From a virus: a DNA stretch of 64,000 nucleotides. The notes under the pieces are model-generated. The model saw only the letters and a list, made by a program, of their open reading frames with translations, was not told the DNA's origin and made no database searches. The translations under genes and the position numbers were made by a program. Location of the stretch: positions 32,001 to 96,000 of the IMG/VR virus record IMGVR_UViG_3300044825_001015. One strand, written 5' to 3'. This document shows positions 10,836 to 20,306 of this stretch, piece by piece (within the stretch, counting starts at the first letter, position 1; each line of letters opens with the position of its first letter).

Positions 10836-13800
10836 TGCTAGGCAATACTACAGTCAGAAACTCAATTAATGGGTCTGATGTTGTTGAAGCGAAGCCAAAA
10901 ATTATTGCTGAATGGAATATGAATTCCATTGCAAGCCCATTTATTCATGGTACTGAAACTCATCCAATATCTTTTACCCCGCTAACTCTTCAAAAGGGGG
11001 CGGCAGCGCCAAACATTACAAGTATTACTGAAACTTCAAACTTTGATAGAACTTTCTATAGTCCAGTTTTTAATGATAATACATCTCAATTAATTATTGC
11101 TTCTTCAAGTTCTACTTCTGCTCTAGTGTCTGGATATGCTATGGCTAATGGAACAGCATCTTTAATTTTAAAAAACAAGATACCAATTTCTAATGGCGAT
11201 AGTATTCAAGTTTCTGGAGTAGGTCAACTTTTCGACGGCTCATATGTAGTTGCATCACAACTAGGTGGAGTCCTTTTATCTTACGTTACAAATAATTCAT
11301 CAAGTAATGTAAGCCTTACATCATCTCCAATACAAGGTAGAGTATCTGCCAATATTTCAGAATATTATGTAGACTTTACAGTATCTACGTTTGCTAGCAG
11401 AGCAGCAAAAATATTTTTTAAATTGAAGTCTGACTATCAATTTCAATCACAAAGTTCTCAATTATTTTTAGAAGAATTTAATGTGACTCTTAGGGCGGTA
11501 GGTCTGAAAGATGGAGTCCCTGTATATACACAATCAATAACAAAGAATTACACAGTCAATTCAACTTCATGGACAGATGCATATATATCATTTGCAAATC
11601 CAGATAGCCAGGTAGATGTTGTTAGAGTTTATATCTCTATGGAAGTTTCAAATGATTATCGTGCCGCGTTGATAGTGGATCAGATATTTGGAGCGAACGT
11701 ATCAGACTTTGAAGTGTATACAGAAGATAGAACCCCACTCTCAGAAGTTTTTGATGTTTATAGGCCAGGAGAAGTACTGCTAGATGCTGGGCCAAAAAAT
11801 GTAGAAATAAACTCTACATTGACATATCCACAACAATGCACACCAACTCAGATGGCGCACAAGTATGCTATTGGTGATTTATATCAAAAGGTGCAGCGCA
11901 GCATAACCCCATTCGCTGGCAATCCATATAGTTACTATGTTTCTGCAACTGGGTGGGGTAGCAAAAGAATCTGGTGCATATACGATAAAGAAATTTCTGT
12001 AAATAAATTAGTAATAAAAGTCAATGCAATTGCAGCAAAGCCAGCGGTGGACTCTTTTGTAATAAAAATATTAGTAAATAAGCAATGGGAAACTATTCAA
12101 ACAACTTCTATGGCATTTACTAATAATGGATTATTAACCCTCTATTATAACGGTACTTCATGGAGTACAACACCATGGTCACTAGTTCCAACAATATCTG
12201 AAGCGACAGGACAAATAGATAAAAGAAGAATCATACAGGGCGTAGCGTTTGAATGCATTAATCAATCATACACTATAGAAAATAGTCCACTAAACAAGCC
12301 CGACGCTTTGCAAACATTAGAGTTGATAGAAATATCACCAAGACTAGAACTTGATTTATCTAAGTTTGTTTCAGGACTTTCAGTAAATAAAGAGTTAGAT
12401 AGTTCTGATATTCCGCTACCTCTAGGATCTATTACATCAAATACTGCTACTATAGATTTTTCAAATATTCCAATAATTATCTCAAGTTCAGACATGAACA
12501 CCGCAGAAGTTAATGATGTTGTTCCTATTAGCAATTATGCATCTACATCTCCATTAAAAAATCTTTTAGTTAAGGGTGTCAAACTAAAAGGATCTTTTGA
12601 CATTAATACTGGTGTAACATCTGGAACACAGAGTATTGTAAATGTACCATCCTTTATCATGTATGTAGAAAGATGGAAAGAGACAACAGACATTGTTTCT
12701 GCTGAATGCTATGATTCTGTTAAAAGATTACAAAATATAAAATCTAGACCTTTATATCTAAAAGATAAATCCATCAATGAAATAATATATAGCATACTTG
12801 ACTCAGTAGGATTTGGAGACTACTACTTTGACGAACTAAGTAAATTAAAGATAGTAAAGTATGAAAATGATCAATCTTCAATATCTGCTTCTACAACTTT
12901 AAATCAAAATATCGAATACTTCTGGGCAGTAGATGAAGATTCTATTACAGATACCCTTAATGATTTATTAAAACCTTATCAAGTTTCCATATATACAGAT
13001 GAGTATGGAGCATTAAGGTTCTTATCTCTGTATGAAATAAATACAAAAGCAAATTCTGTTGCAGAATCAGATGTTTTATATATTCAAGATCTAAATCAAG
13101 TTCCACAGGGTGGAACTGTAAGAAGAAGCAATTTAATGTCCCTAGAGTTTGAAGAGATAGAAAGACCAGAGAAAGTAACTATTAAATATAAAAGACCTAT
13201 GCCAAGCCTTTCTGACTATAGGCAGGCTAAAGACAGGCCGTATGCATCTATGACTGAGAGTGCCACAGATATTGTTTGGGAACCAGAGCAGCAGGCACAA
13301 GTACTCTCATTCTTTGAAATAGCAAGTCCAGGAATATTAACAGAAACACAGAATAGAATACCTTTCGACATTAATAGTGTTTCTAGAATAAATCGTGCGA
13401 TAGAAAATTCTGGGTATTTATTGATTGATCAGGAAATAGTTAAGTATGATGGATTAGAGTATATATTTACATTTACTAATTCTACTGGAACATCTCAGTC
13501 AAGAACTGAAGTTATTAGAAATAGTGCAGATATAAATAGAGTTATTTCAGAAATTTATCAATTAAATGAAGTTTCAAATATAACATGGAGTCCTTCAGGA
13601 TACATGGTAAATGTAGAAAGAGGCTGCTTTGGCACAGAGCCAGCAAAGCATATTGTTTTATCTAATGGAAGTAGAAGCGGGTGGCTTGGTAGAGAATTCA
13701 ATGCAGCATATAAACAAGTATCAAGTATAGATGAGGCAGACGGAACATTTGGTGCTTCTAACGGTAATATTTCTATTAAGTGTGAAAAAGAAAGCGGAGG

Positions 13801-14665
13801 AATTTTAATATACCCATCTATTAATAATTTAGTAGGTAATAAGAGAAGATTCTTTGCAAGGTATGTATTAAATAATGTTCCTTCTGGGAAAACGGGATAT
13901 TTAGGTTCTGTTGTCGGATTAAAAATAATTTCTAACCAGATACTTGATGGACTATTTGTATGGACTGGAGTTACAAATAAAAATAAGCAAACAACAATTA
14001 CAATATCAATTGTTCAGGTTGTTAATGGAAATGTAAAAGTTATTTCAGAACCGAAAGACTTTGAGTTTACTGAAGATCTTTTCTCTGAAAATGAAGCACT
14101 TGAGATTTATATGGAATTTAATGATCCAATGAATAGGCTAAAAGTATTTATAGGATCAACATCACTATTTGAAGTAGTTAGATCAAAGGATAAAGAGAAT
14201 GATCCTGGTAAGAGAAAGGTCGCATTTAAAACTTTAACAATACCGATCTCTTCAATTAATAAGGATGGCTTCTTTGGCTTTGCTGCCTTACAAAAGGGTC
14301 GTGGAACATTAGATGCTTTAGCGTTTACGGCTAGTTCTGATCCAAGAAATCTTAATAATATATCAATAAATTCATTAGATGGTGATTACTACGCTTCATC
14401 AAGTACCACTCCAGCATACTACGCAAATGCAAATACATTATTAAATCAAATGGTTTACAACCAGTTCGTGCCTGGATTTAGCACATTCCAAGATTCGTTT
14501 GTATTTACTGGAGCGCCAGTAGCCAGAGGGATTAAGATATTCGACGTAGAATATCAGGACTATCCAGTAATAGCATCACCAGAAGTTGAATTTTTGGGCT
14601 ACTCATATAATATAGATGCTATCAGAGGATCTACTCCAATAACTGGTACGGAGGCAAATAAATAA
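10835..14665 (+). CDS. Large minor tail / baseplate hub protein (N-terminal part)
   Basis: 1276 aa, beta-rich, positioned after Dit. Confidence 0.7.
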   Translation: MLGNTTVRNSINGSDVVEAKPKIIAEWNMNSIASPFIHGTETHPISFTPLTLQKGAAAPNITSITETSNFDRTFYSPVFNDNTSQLIIASSSSTSALVSGYAMANGTASLILKNKIPISNGDSIQVSGVGQLFDGSYVVASQLGGVLLSYVTNNSSSNVSLTSSPIQGRVSANISEYYVDFTVSTFASRAAKIFFKLKSDYQFQSQSSQLFLEEFNVTLRAVGLKDGVPVYTQSITKNYTVNSTSWTDAYISFANPDSQVDVVRVYISMEVSNDYRAALIVDQIFGANVSDFEVYTEDRTPLSEVFDVYRPGEVLLDAGPKNVEINSTLTYPQQCTPTQMAHKYAIGDLYQKVQRSITPFAGNPYSYYVSATGWGSKRIWCIYDKEISVNKLVIKVNAIAAKPAVDSFVIKILVNKQWETIQTTSMAFTNNGLLTLYYNGTSWSTTPWSLVPTISEATGQIDKRRIIQGVAFECINQSYTIENSPLNKPDALQTLELIEISPRLELDLSKFVSGLSVNKELDSSDIPLPLGSITSNTATIDFSNIPIIISSSDMNTAEVNDVVPISNYASTSPLKNLLVKGVKLKGSFDINTGVTSGTQSIVNVPSFIMYVERWKETTDIVSAECYDSVKRLQNIKSRPLYLKDKSINEIIYSILDSVGFGDYYFDELSKLKIVKYENDQSSISASTTLNQNIEYFWAVDEDSITDTLNDLLKPYQVSIYTDEYGALRFLSLYEINTKANSVAESDVLYIQDLNQVPQGGTVRRSNLMSLEFEEIERPEKVTIKYKRPMPSLSDYRQAKDRPYASMTESATDIVWEPEQQAQVLSFFEIASPGILTETQNRIPFDINSVSRINRAIENSGYLLIDQEIVKYDGLEYIFTFTNSTGTSQSRTEVIRNSADINRVISEIYQLNEVSNITWSPSGYMVNVERGCFGTEPAKHIVLSNGSRSGWLGREFNAAYKQVSSIDEADGTFGASNGNISIKCEKESGGILIYPSINNLVGNKRRFFARYVLNNVPSGKTGYLGSVVGLKIISNQILDGLFVWTGVTNKNKQTTITISIVQVVNGNVKVISEPKDFEFTEDLFSENEALEIYMEFNDPMNRLKVFIGSTSLFEVVRSKDKENDPGKRKVAFKTLTIPISSINKDGFFGFAALQKGRGTLDALAFTASSDPRNLNNISINSLDGDYYASSSTTPAYYANANTLLNQMVYNQFVPGFSTFQDSFVFTGAPVARGIKIFDVEYQDYPVIASPEVEFLGYSYNIDAIRGSTPITGTEANK

Positions 14666-15933
14666 TGGGAAATACTAATCCAAATGCACAGGAAGTAAGA
14701 GATGCACTTAGAGACTATAAAGTAGACTTTCAAACAATAGGTCCATGGGATACTGTAGGAAGTGCCTGGAATAATACAGGTGGAGGTCTATATGGATGTA
14801 TCATGCATCATACTGGGGCTGGAGTTCAGGGATATAAAGGGGCACCCTCTCTTACATGGATGAGAAATCCAGTAATTGATGGACAGCCGCTTGGAAAGCC
14901 TGCATGTAATATTTTGGTAGGGCGCGGTAAAGGAGATACATATTTAATTTCAGCGCTAGCAGTTCTTCATTCTGGCCTAGGCGGACCTTGGCCTGCTATT
15001 GGAATTAATTCTGCAGGATATGGGGCAGAGTCCAGAACCTTTGGGGTAGAAATAGAAGGTTCTACGGCATATGCAAATATTCCAGAAAGTCGTCCGTACT
15101 TTACTGAATATCAAGAAGAGAATTCTGCAAGAATAGCAGCAGCACTTTGGGATCTTTGCGGCTGGCCTGCAGATGGCTCCCGTATTGTCACACATGCTGA
15201 CTGGACAGATTCTGGTAAATATTTAGGAACAAATAATTACGGACCATATCTAGGAAGAAAGCCTGATACTAGAAGGTCTACACACTCTGGTAAATACTGG
15301 AGAAAGATGGCTGCAAAATATTTAGATCCATCTAAGGCAGGATCTGAACCATCTGGAAATACACAAAATGACGGCGGCAAAAAGGGATCAGACAATAAAA
15401 CAGATGATAATGTTGTAGATTTAGCAAGACAGGTAAAGCCAAATGCAGTTGCAAAATCTGTTGTAGCAGGCACTCCTCAAAGAGCCAGGTTTGCATTGAT
15501 GAATATGGCTAATGAATCTATATATCTATCTGAAGGAGAAACATCAGTACTTTCTGGAAGCGGCGAGGGGATACTTTGGGTTAAGGCAAGGACATTAATA
15601 GATGGAGAATCCTACGAAGTATCAAGAAAAATTTCAGACAAGTCTGCAAATGGAGATGTTACGATAGAAACTAATTGGATTCAAAATGATACATCTGCGG
15701 AAGCAGCCCTATCCCTCATAACAGACTCTTTTGATTTTAAATTTAAGTCTGTGACAGTACAGATTTTTGGCAATCCATTGATTCAATTAGGAGATTTGGT
15801 AAAACTTACATACAAGACTGGGAAGATATCATTTGATGACTCAAAATACTATATAGTAACAAAGGTATCCCAGTCTTTTGATATAGGTCTGTCAACAACC
15901 GTGTCACTCAGCCCTGTGAATAAATTCTCTTAA
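14665..15933 (+). CDS. N-acetylmuramoyl-L-alanine amidase domain fused to baseplate-hub-like C-terminal domain
   Basis: Amidase_2 motifs IMHHT, GVEIE, VTHADW and RKPD in about the first 220 aa; hub-like C-terminus 'NWIQ...FGNPLIQLGDLV'. Confidence 0.7.
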   Translation: MGNTNPNAQEVRDALRDYKVDFQTIGPWDTVGSAWNNTGGGLYGCIMHHTGAGVQGYKGAPSLTWMRNPVIDGQPLGKPACNILVGRGKGDTYLISALAVLHSGLGGPWPAIGINSAGYGAESRTFGVEIEGSTAYANIPESRPYFTEYQEENSARIAAALWDLCGWPADGSRIVTHADWTDSGKYLGTNNYGPYLGRKPDTRRSTHSGKYWRKMAAKYLDPSKAGSEPSGNTQNDGGKKGSDNKTDDNVVDLARQVKPNAVAKSVVAGTPQRARFALMNMANESIYLSEGETSVLSGSGEGILWVKARTLIDGESYEVSRKISDKSANGDVTIETNWIQNDTSAEAALSLITDSFDFKFKSVTVQIFGNPLIQLGDLVKLTYKTGKISFDDSKYYIVTKVSQSFDIGLSTTVSLSPVNKFS

Positions 15934-15958
15934 ATGATATAATTTTAATAGGTGACCT

Positions 15959-16417
15959 ATGAATAAAAAAAAGCCAGATCCAAAGCCAGGTGTGTTTAAA
16001 AGACAAATTCTGAGATCTGCTAATGCATATACAGATGATAGAATTGATGAAGTTCTGAGGCGTATTGAGTTATCAGAAGATACTGAGCCAGGTGACGGCG
16101 ATGATGATAAAGATCCTAATAAGCCAAAACCACCAGGAGGTGGCGGAGGCGGTGGTGGACTAGGGGTAATTTTCCCACCAGAAACCCCTACCCCATGGGT
16201 AATACCAAGACCTCCAGTTAGAGAAGTTTCTGAAGTTGGTAAGGTTACTTCAATAAAATTCCAAGAAGGTGCTAGTCAGTTTACATATGACACAACTAAA
16301 ACCTATGGAACTATGTACTTATCATCGGACGGATCTCTTGCAGCAAATGTAACAATAGAAATAGATGGGGAAGGCGAGATTGAAGATTACGAGGTACAGG
16401 TGACTAAAGTTGAGTAG
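15959..16417 (+). CDS. Pro/Gly-rich minor tail protein
   Basis: Within the tail cluster; upstream TGATATAAT at 15935. Confidence 0.45.
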   Translation: MNKKKPDPKPGVFKRQILRSANAYTDDRIDEVLRRIELSEDTEPGDGDDDKDPNKPKPPGGGGGGGGLGVIFPPETPTPWVIPRPPVREVSEVGKVTSIKFQEGASQFTYDTTKTYGTMYLSSDGSLAANVTIEIDGEGEIEDYEVQVTKVE

Positions 16418-17336
16418 CGGAAGGTATATATTAAGCATTGACAATCAGATAATTTCTGAGTCATATAATGCTATTACAGATGAAGGACTTAATTTAATTA
16501 GATCATATCTAGCAAACCCTACATCTAATTGGGCAGGCGCTATCAGCGTGGGTGCTATGAATAGCACACAGTCAGCATCAACTAATACCTCCATGGACTT
16601 TGAATTAGCAAGGGTTCCAGTATTACTTAGATCTGTAGAAAATAATGAAATTGTAATAAAGGGGGTGCTAGACTCAGATTTTTCTGGAAAGATATTTGAA
16701 TTAGGCTTATACCCAGAAGTATTTAATATAGTTTCAAGCGGCTTTGATGATAAATTAATTTTAAATTTTGATGAACTATGGTTAAATACTTCAGATAATT
16801 TACAAATCAATTCTTCTAATTTTAGTTTAGATAGCAGGGCAGGAGAAAATAATCTAAAGATAGGAACCGCAGCGTTAGATATATACACTAACATAGGATT
16901 AAATATATCTGGCTACACGAACTTTGATGTAACATCTTTAATGTATAACGTTACTGCTACTGGAACAAATAGATCATTTAGAGTAACGTTTATAGACAAT
17001 CAGTTACCTACTCCTGGAACTAAATATGCAGACTTCATGCTAAACTGCGCCTCCGTTGGCTATAAAAAGATAAATAAGTTGATCGGTGATTTTGTAGAAA
17101 CTGGAAACTTTAATTCAGAAATCATAAAAATTAACATAACAGCATCTTCATATGCAAATACTGCTAGAGTTGAACTGGATGCATTTAGAATAAATGACGC
17201 AGATGAAACTAATCCAGATTTCGCGTTAGTTAGTAGATCATTAATAGGTACACAAAATGGATCTTCAGCATCAGATTATGTATACAAGCCAGGTGGTGTT
17301 GAAGTAGATATTGAATATAGGGTGCAGTTACTCTAA
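16410..17336 (+). CDS. Minor tail/baseplate protein
   Basis: 'N.IT..G...I..YLA', 'FELARVP' and 'ELGLYP' motifs typical of tail proteins. Confidence 0.6.
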   Translation: MSSGRYILSIDNQIISESYNAITDEGLNLIRSYLANPTSNWAGAISVGAMNSTQSASTNTSMDFELARVPVLLRSVENNEIVIKGVLDSDFSGKIFELGLYPEVFNIVSSGFDDKLILNFDELWLNTSDNLQINSSNFSLDSRAGENNLKIGTAALDIYTNIGLNISGYTNFDVTSLMYNVTATGTNRSFRVTFIDNQLPTPGTKYADFMLNCASVGYKKINKLIGDFVETGNFNSEIIKINITASSYANTARVELDAFRINDADETNPDFALVSRSLIGTQNGSSASDYVYKPGGVEVDIEYRVQLL

Positions 17337-20305
17337 TGAAAAAAGTAATACAAGTACAAGACTTACAGCCAGGTACAAAATATCTTATTCGTGCCCGTGC
17401 AAAAAATCAGTATGATTTTTTTTCTGAGTGGTCACAAACATACGAATTAAATGTTGTCAAAGATAACGTAAAGCCCTCCAAGCCAGCGAAACCAACTATA
17501 CAGATTGCTGGTCCTCAAAAGGTTATTGTGTCTCATGATAACACTAAGCAGGGAGGCGGCAACCTAGAATTTGATGTAACTGCATATAAAGTTTATACAA
17601 ATACTACTGCCTCAAATACTGGCGGCACTCTAATACATACAATGTCTGCAACCAGGCCAGGAAGCGGAATTAACTCTTTTGCCACAATCAATGTAAATGC
17701 TCCATTATCAGGAGGGTCTGCACAAACCCTTTACTTTTATGTCACAGCAGTAGATAGTGGGGGAAATGAGTCTGATCCATCAGATGCTACAACAGGAACC
17801 GCTATAACTTACTTTGACTCTGCTTATATTTCTGAACTTACTGCAGATAAAATTAGAACAGGAACATTGCAGGCTAATCAATCTATTAGCGTGGGCACAC
17901 TTTCACCTATCATAATTAAGTCAAATGAAACCAGTCCTCGCGGTCAAATATACATAGGAACTACAGTAAATCCAACTGGTGCAGTAGGTAGTGGATACAA
18001 AGATCCATCTACTGCATTTTATGTAGATTCTACAGGAAAGTTTTCTCTTAAAGATAAACTATATTGGGACGGAAATACTTTAACGATAGATGGATATTTC
18101 CAAATAGGTGATGAAGAAACAACTATTAGCGGTAATCAGATTCGTACTGGTAATCTAATATCAACTAACTATGTTTCTAATGTATCTGGGCAGCCACAGG
18201 CAAAGTCTACTGAATATACTACAGAGGGAACGTGGATTGATTTAGACGATGGAGAGATATACAGTAAAAACTTTTATCTAACTAGTGCTGGTGACGCAGT
18301 ATTTAGAGGAAACATTTTTGGGTCTAGAGGTATATTTAATGGAGAACTTCCTGTATCTAAAATACCAGGATTACAGAATCCAGAAGGTGCAAGAGTTCCT
18401 ACTGTTATTGTAGAATCAACAAATACCGACGATGGATATTTAGTATTCTTTAAAAATACTGGAACTGATTCTGGAGCAGAATTCTATGTTAAGCAAGGCG
18501 ACGGTACAAATTGGAGAAGAGGCTCATTAGCGCATTTAGATGATGTTGCTGGCGGCTTCCTTAGGCTTGGAGCATATCCATCATCTACTGGAATCACCCC
18601 AGGAAGAATAAGAATCTTTGCTGAAAGTGCTGGAACTAAGCAAGGAGAAATTTACCTAGATGCAAGAAGAACTTTTGCTCAGAAAATATTTCTTACTCAG
18701 CCATCTACAACAGGAGACTGGGCAACCGACCCAGTAACCAATTTTTGGAAAGATCCTGATGGAGTTTCTAATGGTCAGGATTTTTTTAAGGTAGGCTCTA
18801 CTACTGGGTCTGCTATTACTGTAAAGAAAACATCAACAGGAGCAAATAAGGTAGTCATAAAAGACTACGAAATAGAAGGCGTTTCAGAAGTTGTTGATAA
18901 TTCAAAAATTACAGTTAATACTGTAGAAATAGGTAAAGGTGTTGGAGGATCTGGAAAGCATGGCATAAAAATAGATAGTAATAATTATTGGTATGACCCT
19001 GCACCACTATCTTCGTCCGATATTGTTTTTAGAGCGGGAGGTTCTGGTAATGATTCCTTAATAGTTAGAAAAAATGGATCAGTAGAATTTGAAGGAACTA
19101 CCAATCCGACTGGCGGAGAAATTAAAGGTCTGCTAGTAATCAAAAATGTCTCTGATCAAACTACATTTTCTATAGGTAAAAATGTATTAACTGGGGGAAG
19201 GGACGGAATTCTATTAAATAGTAATAATTACTGGACTTTATCACAAACTGGACTAACTGCTAATTTTAGAGTAGGTGGGGCATCAAGATTCCTTGAATGG
19301 ACTGGATCAGCATTAAATATATCTACAGATTCTATTTTTATTAGCGGAGATCCTGCAGCAACACAAGCATTTGCTAGTAGTACTGCTACTTCTGCTGCAA
19401 ATAACGCAGTAGCAACCTTCTCGCTTGTAGATAAGTGGAACGGAAGTATTTCTGGTGTAAATATTCAAGCATCTGGAATAATTCAAAGCATATACCAGGG
19501 AGTTGCTAAAACATATGGAAGTGCAACAAATGGGTGGATATTAGACAATAGCGGCTCTCTTCCTAGATTTGATATAGGAACTTCTAATTTTTATCTTAGA
19601 TGGACTGGTCTTGGACTAAGCATAAAAGGAACTATAGATTCTGGAACATCAATCCCAGGAGGAGCATTCCAAGATGGTGGAGGGGCAGGATCTGGTCTGC
19701 AACTTGGCTCTAATAGAGTAGTTATTACAGATGGCTATGGTGGAGGAATAGTTTCATTTACTGATGGCGCAGTTCCAACACCAGGACAACTAGGTACTAT
19801 TCAAGCAGTATCACCAGACACCAATTCAAAATTCTCTGGTCTAGAAGGCGGAAGAGGAATTCTACTTGGAAATATAGCCTATCCATTTATAGAAATTGGA
19901 AAAAATCCTTCTCAAGAAAATAAAATATTACTTCTTACAGCAGCAAGCGTAGGTCTAGAAATTAGACCAACACATTTTATTTTAAGGGGAGGTTCATCTT
20001 CAAGAATTAGAGGAATACCATCCACTAGTAGCCAGCCATCAGGTAAAAAAGTTTTATATGGAGATGAAAATGAAACTTTAGAGTGGGGTCCTGCTCCAAC
20101 TGGTGGTGGAGGAACTACATATCAGGCTGGTGCAGGCATAGAAATTGATACATCAACAAATCCAGATAGTATAGTAAATACTGGATATAGGATGTTTGGA
20201 AATACCTCTGGTTCTGGAGGTAGAATATCTAATAATAATAGAATATATTTTTCGGTACAACCAACTAACGGAATGCAAGACGGCGACCTTTTGGTAGAAT
20301 TTTAA
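17336..20305 (+). CDS. Tail fibre / host-specificity protein with N-terminal FN3 domains
   Basis: FN3 signatures (LQPGTKY.IRARA, YVTAVDSGGNES), 'ITADKIRTG'-like fibre motif, Gly-rich repeats. Confidence 0.75.
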   Translation: MKKVIQVQDLQPGTKYLIRARAKNQYDFFSEWSQTYELNVVKDNVKPSKPAKPTIQIAGPQKVIVSHDNTKQGGGNLEFDVTAYKVYTNTTASNTGGTLIHTMSATRPGSGINSFATINVNAPLSGGSAQTLYFYVTAVDSGGNESDPSDATTGTAITYFDSAYISELTADKIRTGTLQANQSISVGTLSPIIIKSNETSPRGQIYIGTTVNPTGAVGSGYKDPSTAFYVDSTGKFSLKDKLYWDGNTLTIDGYFQIGDEETTISGNQIRTGNLISTNYVSNVSGQPQAKSTEYTTEGTWIDLDDGEIYSKNFYLTSAGDAVFRGNIFGSRGIFNGELPVSKIPGLQNPEGARVPTVIVESTNTDDGYLVFFKNTGTDSGAEFYVKQGDGTNWRRGSLAHLDDVAGGFLRLGAYPSSTGITPGRIRIFAESAGTKQGEIYLDARRTFAQKIFLTQPSTTGDWATDPVTNFWKDPDGVSNGQDFFKVGSTTGSAITVKKTSTGANKVVIKDYEIEGVSEVVDNSKITVNTVEIGKGVGGSGKHGIKIDSNNYWYDPAPLSSSDIVFRAGGSGNDSLIVRKNGSVEFEGTTNPTGGEIKGLLVIKNVSDQTTFSIGKNVLTGGRDGILLNSNNYWTLSQTGLTANFRVGGASRFLEWTGSALNISTDSIFISGDPAATQAFASSTATSAANNAVATFSLVDKWNGSISGVNIQASGIIQSIYQGVAKTYGSATNGWILDNSGSLPRFDIGTSNFYLRWTGLGLSIKGTIDSGTSIPGGAFQDGGGAGSGLQLGSNRVVITDGYGGGIVSFTDGAVPTPGQLGTIQAVSPDTNSKFSGLEGGRGILLGNIAYPFIEIGKNPSQENKILLLTAASVGLEIRPTHFILRGGSSSRIRGIPSTSSQPSGKKVLYGDENETLEWGPAPTGGGGTTYQAGAGIEIDTSTNPDSIVNTGYRMFGNTSGSGGRISNNNRIYFSVQPTNGMQDGDLLVEF

Positions 20306-20306
20306 T

